Assembly (NCBI GenBank): GCA_947085205.1 | Contig: CAMTVO010000059.1 | Span: 1 to 38,619, forward strand | DNA: 38,619 bases | Direction: 5' to 3' | Source of the DNA: an uncultured Nitrospiraceae bacterium | Lineage (GTDB): Bacteria; Nitrospirota; Thermodesulfovibrionia; Thermodesulfovibrionales; Dissulfurispiraceae | Part shown: positions 9,935 to 17,033 of the stretch, piece by piece | How positions within the stretch are numbered: position 1 is the stretch's first letter | Layout: each line of letters begins with the position of its first letter | Program-made: the position numbers and the translations under genes | Notes under the pieces: model-generated | Databases searched by the model: none | What the model was told of the DNA's origin: nothing | Seen by the model: the letters and a program-made list of their open reading frames with translations, nothing else

Positions 9935-9975
9935 AAAAAAACATTAGACTCTGCATGTCTACAGAGCCTAACGTT
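9935..9975 (-). terminator. Rho-independent terminator after the histone-like ORF
   Basis: Minus strand AACGTTAGGCTCTGTA-GACA-TGCAGAGTCTAATGTT-TTTTT. The 16-bp stem closes with G-U pairs only on the minus strand. Confidence 0.85.
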
Positions 9976-10008
9976 TATTACCCCTATTAAATAAAAATTA
10001 TCTAATTC

Positions 10009-10119
10009 TTATTTCTTAGCGGTAGCTTTCTTTGCTGTTGTCTTTTTTGCTACCGTTTTCTTTGCTACCGCTTTCTTCGGTGCTGCCTTCTTTGTTGTTG
10101 CTTTCTTTGTTGCTGCCAT
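10009..10119 (-). CDS. 36-aa Lys/Ala/Thr-rich histone H1-like protein (MAATKKATTKKAAPKKAVAKKTVAKKTTAKKATAKK)
   Basis: Hand translation. GGAGG RBS 7 nt upstream, TAA stop, own terminator, seven xxxKK pentamers with varied codons. Confidence 0.85.
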   Translation of the reverse strand: MAATKKATTKKAAPKKAVAKKTVAKKTTAKKATAKK

Positions 10120-10333
10120 CTTCAATCCTCCTTAAATTTTTTGCAAAAATAATATTATCTAACATAATACATATAAATTTCAAAAACTTCAAGAAAAATC
10201 AGCATAAACATTTTGCGCTAACTCATTGTTTCCAATTCGTGGCATGTAGGAAATGAAACCACTCGCAAAATAATTACATCCGAAAAAATCGGAAGTTGCC
10301 AAAAAAGCCGCAAATTAAGTATTATGTGGGCAT

Positions 10334-10431
10334 GGGAGCGCATAGGGTTCTGGTGTCCCTCCCGGACTTCAAATCCGGTGTTGCCGCCCAAAAGGTGGCA
10401 GGGTGGGTTCGATTCCCACACGCTCCCGCCA
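10334..10431 (+). tRNA. selC: tRNA-Sec (anticodon TCA)
   Basis: 98 nt. Anticodon arm CCGGA-CTTCAAA-TCCGG (TCA at 10369-10371), long variable arm TGCCGCC-CAAAA-GGTGGCA, 8-position acceptor plus 5-bp T stem, G discriminator, encoded CCA. Confidence 0.95.
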
Positions 10432-10549
10432 ATCATCTCAGAATGTATATTCTTCCGGTCAATTAATAAGAAATTTTAAAAGGAGTGCGCTGTCTGCGAT
10501 AGGATTGAAAGATTAATGAACCCCTATTAATTGCATGAGGTAAGTATCC

Positions 10550-10822
10550 ATGGAGAGACAGGAGATACACATAAAAGAGATAAAGGAACTCGCAAGAAAA
10601 TTCACTCCTGAGCAGATTGAAAACTGCATAACGCAGCAGATGCAGAAAGGTGCGAATGTGTGTGAAATATCTGGGCCAACGGAGTATGTGATAAATGAAT
10701 TGTCTAAAGCCGGTTTCGTCAGGGACTTGATGGACAAGGGCATGTCGCTGACCGATGCAGTCCGTGAGCTTGCAAAAAGGATACGCCTTGTTCAGAAGGC
10801 CTTTAAAGAGGTTCAGGAATAA
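10550..10822 (+). CDS. Hypothetical 90-aa helical protein
   Basis: GAGG RBS, clean ORF filling the gap between two tRNAs, no recognised motif. Confidence 0.7.
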   Translation: MERQEIHIKEIKELARKFTPEQIENCITQQMQKGANVCEISGPTEYVINELSKAGFVRDLMDKGMSLTDAVRELAKRIRLVQKAFKEVQE

Positions 10823-10837
10823 AAGGAGACTGCATGA

Positions 10838-10924
10838 CGGAGGGGGAGGGATTCGAACCCCCGGTAGAGTTGCCCCCACAACGGTTTTCAAGACCGCCGC
10901 TTTAAACCGCTCAGCCACCCCTCC
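10838..10924 (-). tRNA. tRNA-Ser(TGA), CCA not encoded
   Basis: Minus strand GGAGGGGTGGCTGAGCGGTTTAAAGC-GGCGGT-CTTGAAA-ACCGT, long variable arm, GGTTCGAATCC, G discriminator. Confidence 0.95.
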
Positions 10925-11004
10925 ATGATAATAGGTTAATTATAGTATCAAATACAAACAGTAAAATTCTACTTAATGGCAGGACAGGCATGCCATACTA
11001 ATCA

Positions 11005-11439
11005 TCACAATTTTAACAATACCATATTCGAAACTGAATCAAGCTCCCTGACTGCATTCACGCCTTTTATCTCTATAACTATCGCCTCAATGACAAGGAA
11101 TGTCTCTGCATTTTCCCTCATGCATCCGACCCGCACATCATCCCTCTTTCCGAATGCGCCGTGAAAATGCGCCCTCGGCTCATCGCCCTGCCAGAATATG
11201 GTCCCAAGACCGACAATCTCGTGGCTCTCAAGCAGTTCACGCCATATGGGAACCGGTGGCAGTTCTTCCTTTTCAGGGCCTACCACAAATCTGCCGCTTC
11301 TCATTCCGCCGACAAGATAAAAAACCCCTGCCTTAATATCCTCTTTTTTTGCTATCTCGCTGAGTCCTTGGAGTATGTTATCTCTGTCCTCAAACCGTGC
11401 GACAACAACCCTTCCTGTCTCACCCACCTGATATTTCAT
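11005..11439 (-). CDS. PPC/DUF296 domain putative DNA-binding protein
   Basis: GRVVVARFE..D, EI.GLGTI, HFHGAFG motif. GGAGGAG RBS before ATG 11439. Confidence 0.8.
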   Translation of the reverse strand: MKYQVGETGRVVVARFEDRDNILQGLSEIAKKEDIKAGVFYLVGGMRSGRFVVGPEKEELPPVPIWRELLESHEIVGLGTIFWQGDEPRAHFHGAFGKRDDVRVGCMRENAETFLVIEAIVIEIKGVNAVRELDSVSNMVLLKL

Positions 11440-11545
11440 GTCTCCTCCCATATTTCAACCTGAATTGCGTAAGTATTGCTTAACATATAGCAGTAGGTGT
11501 GCTGAAAAGACTTTGAAGCACGCCTGCTGTCATAATCTCGTATAA

Positions 11546-12562
11546 TTAAATGCTCATTACTGCTTTGTATACCTTCTCAACAGATACATCATCCATACAT
11601 TTAACACTCTTGCAATTCTTCTTATAACACGGCGTACACTCAATATCCGATTTAACTATAATATGATTTCTGCCATATGGCCCTGTCCTCACAGGATTTG
11701 TCGGGCCGAAGATTGCAACCACGGGTGTGCCAAAGGCTGCAGCTATATGCATTGGCCCTGAATCATTACTGATTACATATCTCGCATTTCTGATTATGGA
11801 TATCAGTTCCTTAATATTTGTATCACCTGCTATTGATAAGGCTTTACCATTTGATTCGTTCTCTATGAGCTTGGATATTCCAATATCCGATGTACTGCCG
11901 ACTATTAGAGTTTTTATATCCAGTATTGATGCAAGCTCTCCAAACCTGTTAGGAGGCCATTTCTTTGTCTTCCATCGCGCACCAGGTACAATCACCGCAT
12001 AATCTTCCACATATTCCTTAAGTTTTTTCAATTTATCTGACTCCTTAATAAGAGGCATCGGGAAACTGATATCTTCTGTCTCGCAGCCAATGGCGGATGC
12101 TATTTTCAAATACCTGTCCACCGCATGGACTTCCTTTCCGCCTTTAATCTTATGCGTGTAGAACAGATTGCTGGCCTCCCTCGCCTCTTTGAAACCGATT
12201 CTAAGAGGAGATCTTGTGGCATATGTCAGCAAGCCGCTCCTTAAGAGTCCCTGAAGATCTATTGCTATATCGTAAGACTCATCCCTAAGTTTTTTAAAAA
12301 GATTCCTAAACTCGGATGCTGTATTTTTTATCTTTTTCAAGTTTTTCCACTGGTCTTTATTTATAATCCATAGCCTTTTTACCATCGGATGATCTTCGAG
12401 CAGGCCTTCGAGACCTTTTGCAATAAGCCAGTGGATTTCGGCCTTGGGGAACGCATCCTTCACAACATAAAGAAAAGGCATGCTGTGCACTACATCTCCA
12501 AGAGAGCTTGGCTTGACAATCAATATCTTTTTAGGAATCTTTTTAATTGCAATCTTATCCAT
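11546..12562 (-). CDS. LPS heptosyltransferase, GT9 (WaaC-like)
   Basis: ILIVKPSSLGDVVH, DLQGLLRSG, SNDSGPMHIAAA.GTPVVAIFGPT. Confidence 0.88.
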   Translation of the reverse strand: MDKIAIKKIPKKILIVKPSSLGDVVHSMPFLYVVKDAFPKAEIHWLIAKGLEGLLEDHPMVKRLWIINKDQWKNLKKIKNTASEFRNLFKKLRDESYDIAIDLQGLLRSGLLTYATRSPLRIGFKEAREASNLFYTHKIKGGKEVHAVDRYLKIASAIGCETEDISFPMPLIKESDKLKKLKEYVEDYAVIVPGARWKTKKWPPNRFGELASILDIKTLIVGSTSDIGISKLIENESNGKALSIAGDTNIKELISIIRNARYVISNDSGPMHIAAAFGTPVVAIFGPTNPVRTGPYGRNHIIVKSDIECTPCYKKNCKSVKCMDDVSVEKVYKAVMSI

Positions 12563-14060
12563 GAGATATTATTAAATCAACAACACCTTTCAGGTTTTCT
12601 ACTACAAAATCGGCATACGCCGATTCCTGCTGTTTGCCTGTTCTAACGAGTATACCCTTAACGCCAACCGCCTTAGCAAGCATCATATCAGCATCCTTGT
12701 CTCCAACAACATAAGATTCTCTCAGATTAATCTTGTGTTCAGCCCTTGCTGTCAAAAGCATTCCCGGCTCTGGCTTTCTGCACGAACAGTGGTCATCTGG
12801 ATGGTGAGGACAGTAATAGAAATCATCAAATCCGTATTTATCTATGAAGACCTTATTGACAGCCTCCGCAAATGACTCGTCCACAAGTCCCCTCTGAATG
12901 CCGGACTGATTACTGACTCCAATTAATGCATATCCTGCCTTTTTAAGTTCACCCAGACTGTCTATCTCCGGAAATACCTCGAAATCCTTCCAGTCATTTA
13001 AATAATGCGCATCCCTGCATAATGTCCCGTCCCTGTCAAAAAAGACCGCTTTTTTATCCGGCAGTATCTCCTTAATTGCAAAATATACATCCTCTGATGT
13101 AACAGCATACATGCATCTCATATCGCTATTCTTGCATGTCCGTTCAAAGCAGGGGCTGCAGACAAGGTCAGTCTTAATTACTTTATTGCTATTTTCCACA
13201 GGACCTGTCAACTTTGGATCGGTGGAGCCGAATATCGCTACAAGAGGCGTTCCTACCGCATAGGCTATGTGCATAGGGCCAGAGTCGTTGGTAACAAAAA
13301 CATCACACTCGGAAATCAGAGAAATAAGCTCTCCTAATGATGTCTTTCCTGCAAGAAATAGCTTGTTTTCAGGTATATGCTTATCGATCTCCTCTGCAAT
13401 ATCTACCTCTCCCTTTCCGCTGAAGATTATGACACTGCCGCCCGTCTCTTTTATAAACCAGTTTACGACCTCTGCAAATCTCTCGGGGAACCACCTTTTT
13501 GCAGATCCGTATGTTGCCCCTGGATTTATTCCAAGAATCGGCCTCCTTAATAAAGACATCCTCTCCCTCTCTGCTAATCGATCTTCGACAGACAGATGAA
13601 TCCACGGTCTTGAAAAATCTGCCGGTATACCGGCAGATTTAAGAAGATTAAGGTAATAATCTATATGATGCATTTTTCTGTCGTCATTATTAAAAGGCAC
13701 AGGCTTTGTAAGGAGCTTCCCCCTGCCGTCCCTATTGTAGCCTACCCTTTCAGGTATGCCGGCAAGGAGTGTTATCAATGCGGCGTCAAAGGCATTTTGC
13801 AAAAGAATTGCCTTCGAAAAGCCCTTTTTCTTTAATATCATGGCAAGCCTGAGTTTTCCGATGACACCCTTAAATCTATCCTCATACAATATTATTTCGT
13901 CGATGTTCGGATTTGCCTCAAAAACCGGTGCAACGGAAGGCTTGACAAGCAGGCTTATTTTCGATTCGAGATACGCCTTTTTCAATGCCCTAATAGCAGG
14001 CAAGGTCATAACAGCATCGCCGACCCAGTTTACCCCCCTGACTAAAATCTTATCGCTCAT
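12555..14060 (-). CDS. waaF: WaaF heptosyltransferase II fused to a GmhB-like HAD phosphatase
   Basis: NWVGDAVM, NPGATYGSAKRW, NDSGPMH. C-terminal FFDRDGTL, SNQSG, CPH..C.CRKPEPGM, GDK..D. Confidence 0.88.
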   Translation of the reverse strand: MSDKILVRGVNWVGDAVMTLPAIRALKKAYLESKISLLVKPSVAPVFEANPNIDEIILYEDRFKGVIGKLRLAMILKKKGFSKAILLQNAFDAALITLLAGIPERVGYNRDGRGKLLTKPVPFNNDDRKMHHIDYYLNLLKSAGIPADFSRPWIHLSVEDRLAERERMSLLRRPILGINPGATYGSAKRWFPERFAEVVNWFIKETGGSVIIFSGKGEVDIAEEIDKHIPENKLFLAGKTSLGELISLISECDVFVTNDSGPMHIAYAVGTPLVAIFGSTDPKLTGPVENSNKVIKTDLVCSPCFERTCKNSDMRCMYAVTSEDVYFAIKEILPDKKAVFFDRDGTLCRDAHYLNDWKDFEVFPEIDSLGELKKAGYALIGVSNQSGIQRGLVDESFAEAVNKVFIDKYGFDDFYYCPHHPDDHCSCRKPEPGMLLTARAEHKINLRESYVVGDKDADMMLAKAVGVKGILVRTGKQQESAYADFVVENLKGVVDLIISHG

Positions 14061-14126
14061 GCTTTAGTTTAACATTTCGCTTTCCCTCTCTTCATCCGCA
14101 AAGATTTCTTTAATTGAAAAAAACAC

Positions 14127-14179
14127 TTGACAATAACAATTCTAATATGATAATGTTTATTTAACCATAATAGTTCTAA
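14127..14179 (+). promoter_or_regulatory. Putative sigma70 promoter of the perR cluster with two candidate Fur/PerR operator repeats
   Basis: TTGACA 14127-14132 and GATAAT 14149-14154. Near-direct repeats ATAACAATTCTAA (14133-14145) and ATAATAGTTCTAA (14167-14179). Confidence 0.5.
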
Positions 14180-14203
14180 ATTAAAAATTTAGAGAGGTAA
14201 ACG

Positions 14204-14614
14204 ATGGGAAAATATAAAGAGATAGGTTTAAGGCTTACACCTCAGAGGCTTGCCATTCTCAATTATCTCGACGGAAACAAAGAGCATCCTTCAGCAGAGG
14301 ATATTTACAAGGCAGTATTAAAAAAGTTTCCGACAATGTCCTTTGCAACCGTTTATAACACACTGCAGACATTAAGAGAGCGTGGCGGCATGCTTGAACT
14401 GACAATCGACCCTGACAAAAAGAGGTTCGATTCAAACACCGAACCACACCATCACCTGATATGCCTGAAGTGCAAAAGAATAGTCGATATTCATGGCGAT
14501 TATAAACTCGATGTGCCTAATAGTGATAGAGGAGATTTTGAAATAGTCGGCAATCATATAGAGTTTTACGGAATATGCCCTAAGTGCAAAAAAGTGATTA
14601 GTGTCAGTGATTAG
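14204..14614 (+). CDS. perR: Fur family regulator, PerR-like
   Basis: RLTPQRLAIL, HPSAEDIY, SFATVYNTL, HHHLICLKC, YGICPKC. Heads a peroxide-defence cluster. Confidence 0.85.
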   Translation: MGKYKEIGLRLTPQRLAILNYLDGNKEHPSAEDIYKAVLKKFPTMSFATVYNTLQTLRERGGMLELTIDPDKKRFDSNTEPHHHLICLKCKRIVDIHGDYKLDVPNSDRGDFEIVGNHIEFYGICPKCKKVISVSD

Positions 14615-14694
14615 TGTCAGTGTCAGCAAGAAATACTTCTCCCTCCTGACACTATCCACTGACACTAATCACTGATACTAATCACTGACACTGA
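14593..14694. repeat. Palindrome of tandem AGTGATTAGTGTC units
   Basis: 30-bp inverted repeat 14593-14622 / 14657-14686 with one G-T pair. Overlaps the perR stop. Confidence 0.9.
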
Positions 14695-14713
14695 AAAGGA
14701 GGAGGTGATAAAA

Positions 14714-14818
14714 ATGGCATCATTCAAATGCACAAAGTGCGGCACAACAAAAGAAGGCAGGTGCAAGCCCCAGAAATGTCACAAATGCGGGGAGAAGGGG
14801 GCTATGCAAAAACAGTGA
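14714..14818 (+). CDS. 34-aa rubredoxin-like micro-protein (RCKP type): MASFKCTKCGTTKEGRCKPQKCHKCGEKGAMQKQ
   Basis: Hand translation. AGGAGGTG RBS, two CxxCG motifs plus RCKP. Confidence 0.85.
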   Translation: MASFKCTKCGTTKEGRCKPQKCHKCGEKGAMQKQ

Positions 14819-14910
14819 ACAGTGAATAGTTTTTAACTGAATACTATTCACTATCTACTTATTGAAGGAGTCATTGACTTCTAATAAGATTTGATCTTAG
14901 GAGGTATATC

Positions 14911-15525
14911 ATGAGCGAGATTTGTTGTGGTTTAAGGGTCGGGCAGGACGTCCCTGATTTCAAGCTCGAGACATATGAGCCGACAAAAGGAGATTTCGGG
15001 GAGATAAGCCTTGAGACACTTAAGGCAAACAAAAAGTGGACAATACTTTTCTTTTACCCTGCTGCCTTTACTTTTGTCTGAGCTACCGAGTTTGCTGCTC
15101 TGGCAGAGCAGTATGAGCGGTTCAAAAAAATGGGGGCGGAGGTAATTACTGTGAGCACAGACACAAAGTTCGTCCAGCTTGCGTGGCAGAGGGAAGAAAA
15201 AATGCTTAAAGATGTCACATATCCAATGGGTTCAGATCCCACAGGGAAATTATCGAGGATGTTTGGCGTCTATGACGAGGAAACAGGCCTTGCTCTCAGG
15301 GGAACATTCATAATCAGCCCCGAGGGAAAGCTATTGAACTCCGAGGTCAATTTCTACAATATGGGCAGAAATATCGATGAACTGATGAGGAAGTTTAAGG
15401 CAAACCTCCATCTCGCAAAGCATACCGCAGAAGGCTGCCCATCAAAATGGAAGGAAGAAGGAGATAAGACACTTAAGCCCTCTGCAAAAATGGTGGGCAA
15501 AGTATACGAGGCTTATGAAGGATAA
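14911..15525 (+). CDS. ahpC: AhpC/Prx1-type peroxiredoxin with selenocysteine at the peroxidatic position (U57), 204 aa
   Basis: GGAGG RBS and ATG 14911. The frame reads FFYPAAFTFV-TGA(15079-15081)-ATEF and continues into ORF 15130..15525 (ALRGTFII, GRNIDE, GCPSKW). Confidence 0.92.
15085..15121 (+). promoter_or_regulatory. Bacterial SECIS-like hairpin of the peroxiredoxin
   Basis: TGCTGCTC-TGGCA-GAGCAGTA, loop 19 nt after TGA, outer ACCG/CGGT pairing. Confidence 0.8.
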
Positions 15526-15533
15526 CAACGAGA

Positions 15534-15560
15534 ATCAGGCTGGGCGATGCCCAGCCTGAT
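15534..15560 (+). other. Perfect 12-bp intergenic hairpin (mRNA stabiliser or weak terminator)
   Basis: ATCAGGCTGGGC-GAT-GCCCAGCCTGAT, no T tail. Confidence 0.6.
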
Positions 15561-15581
15561 AATAACATCAGGAGGAATGAC

Positions 15582-15989
15582 ATGGCATTATTTGTATGGA
15601 GCGACAAGTACAGCGTTAATATTAAGGAGATTGATGAACAGCACAAAAAATTGGTTGATATGCTTAATGAGCTGCACGATTCAATGAAAGCAGGCAAGGG
15701 TAAAGAGGTATTAGGCAGTATCTTTACAGGATTAATCCAGTATGTGGGGACACACTTCGCCACCGAAGAGAGACTTATGTCTTCGAACGCCTATCCGGAA
15801 TATGCAGCCCACAAAGCAGAGCATACTAAGTTGACTCAAAAGGCGTTAGAGCTTCAGAAAAATTTTCAAGAGGGTGTGCCAGTCCTTACAGTTGAACTGA
15901 TGAACTTTTTAAAAGATTGGCTCCAGACTCATATTTTAGGAACCGATAAAAAATATGGCCCGTTTTTAAACAGCAAAGGAGTTGTTTAA
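15582..15989 (+). CDS. Bacteriohemerythrin
   Basis: WSDKYSV..EIDEQHKKL, HF..EE, H...H, WL..HI...D. Confidence 0.92.
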   Translation: MALFVWSDKYSVNIKEIDEQHKKLVDMLNELHDSMKAGKGKEVLGSIFTGLIQYVGTHFATEERLMSSNAYPEYAAHKAEHTKLTQKALELQKNFQEGVPVLTVELMNFLKDWLQTHILGTDKKYGPFLNSKGVV

Positions 15990-16003
15990 AGCCTGCCCGA
16001 TGA

Positions 16004-16111
16004 CTGAAAAATAGACATAGACGACTGTCATTCTTTATAATCCCCCCTCCCCTTAATCCCCTCCCGTCAAGGGAGGGGAAACTTTCGGAACTTTCTATGT
16101 CTATTTTTCGG
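16004..16111. mobile_element. 108-bp MITE-like element
   Basis: 18-bp TIRs (17/18 match), flanking direct repeat CCGATGA (15997-16003, 16112-16118), internal hairpin TCCCCTCCC-GTCAA-GGGAGGGGA. Confidence 0.7.
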
Positions 16112-16125
16112 CCGATGATTGATTG

Positions 16126-16154
16126 TTGACAAGAGGCGGATTATTGCATACGAT
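16126..16154 (+). promoter_or_regulatory. Putative sigma70 promoter
   Basis: TTGACA-N17-TACGAT upstream of ORF 16204. Confidence 0.55.
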
Positions 16155-16203
16155 ATGGATATAGCAAATTCGTCGGGCAAAAAAAGAACTGCGAGATTAA
16201 AAA

Positions 16204-16395
16204 ATGAAGGATGGAGAAAAGCAAAAAATGGAGACAAAGGATAAGAGCCAATGCTCTATTATAAACCTCCTGTTTCCAACAGAGATGACATGCCCTGTAT
16301 GCGGCTACGAAGTAGAACTATGGACAGACGAAGACGAAACGAAATGCTATATCTGCGGTTATAAAATCTTTCAAAAAGAAAAAACAATACATTAA
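16204..16395 (+). CDS. Small zinc-ribbon-like protein
   Basis: CPVCG..VELWTDE..CYICG. The start could instead be ATG 16228. Confidence 0.7.
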   Translation: MKDGEKQKMETKDKSQCSIINLLFPTEMTCPVCGYEVELWTDEDETKCYICGYKIFQKEKTIH

Positions 16396-16409
16396 GGAGG
16401 CATTACATT

Positions 16410-16826
16410 ATGGCAAGCAAGGAATTATTAGAAAAACTCAATGACGCAATAGCGAGAGAAATGCAGGTAAGCATCCAGTACATGTGGCAACATATAATGG
16501 TCAAGGGGATTAATGCACAGTCCATCGGACCAATTTTCAGGCAGATAGCCATTGCTGAAATGATGCATGCAGAACTCATTGCAGAAAGGCTTGATTATTT
16601 AGGCGGAACACCGACTACAAAACCTACTCCCGTAGAGATTGGAAAGGGCACAAAGGAGATGATTCAGATAGACAAAAAGGCTGAAGAAGAAGCCATCGCA
16701 ATGTATAAAGATATCATACAGCTTGCAGAAAAAGAGAACGATTATACTACAAAGAAACTCTTTGAGCAGATTTTATCTGACGAGGAAAACCATCATAATA
16801 TATTCAGCAATCTCCTCGAGGATTAA
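16410..16826 (+). CDS. Ferritin-like diiron (bacterioferritin-related) protein
   Basis: E...QY, EMMHAE, EEEAI.MY, DEENH diiron ligand pattern, GGAGG RBS. Confidence 0.85.
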   Translation: MASKELLEKLNDAIAREMQVSIQYMWQHIMVKGINAQSIGPIFRQIAIAEMMHAELIAERLDYLGGTPTTKPTPVEIGKGTKEMIQIDKKAEEEAIAMYKDIIQLAEKENDYTTKKLFEQILSDEENHHNIFSNLLED

Positions 16827-16852
16827 TTAATTTATATCAAGGAGGCATTACC

Positions 16853-16987
16853 ATGACAAAAATCGGGCAGAAATACAAATGCAACATATGTGGCAATGAA
16901 GTAGTTGTGACGACCGCGGGTGCCGGGACGCTCGTATGTTGCGGGCAGCCGATGTCTGTTATAGGAGAGGGATTTGAGTGTAAATAA
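16853..16987 (+). CDS. Stand-alone desulforedoxin-type Fe(Cys)4 protein, 44 aa
   Basis: Hand translation [52 protein letters not shown], YKCxxCGN...LVCCGQPM motif. Confidence 0.9.
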   Translation: MTKIGQKYKCNICGNEVVVTTAGAGTLVCCGQPMSVIGEGFECK

Positions 16988-17033
16988 ATAGGCTACGCTT
17001 TTGACAATACTTGCATTGCGATCAGGAGGATGT

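Noticed and set aside
10032..10256. Leu/Ser-rich ORF on the plus strand
   Set aside because: Antisense shadow of the Lys-rich micro-gene, which has the RBS and terminator.
10218..10918. ORFs 10218..10436 and 10463..10918 (minus strand)
   Set aside because: They are translations of the tRNA-Sec antisense strand and of tRNA-Ser or the antisense of the 90-aa gene.
11490..11529. 13-bp hairpin between the GT9 and DUF296 genes as a terminator or riboswitch
   Set aside because: It pairs fully only on the non-coding strand (G-U), and has no U tail and no recognisable aptamer motif.
14593..14694. CRISPR array
   Set aside because: Units are 6-13 nt, contiguous and inverted, with no unique spacers and no cas genes. 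The same applies to the other repeat arrays.
14816..14836. Sec readthrough at the TGA ending the rubredoxin-like ORF
   Set aside because: Not a Cys-homologous position, a TAA follows after five codons, and the downstream structure is a repeat array rather than a SECIS-like hairpin.
15130..15525. ORF-track 131-aa peroxiredoxin
   Set aside because: It is the 3' part of the gene starting at 14911 and has no catalytic residue on its own.
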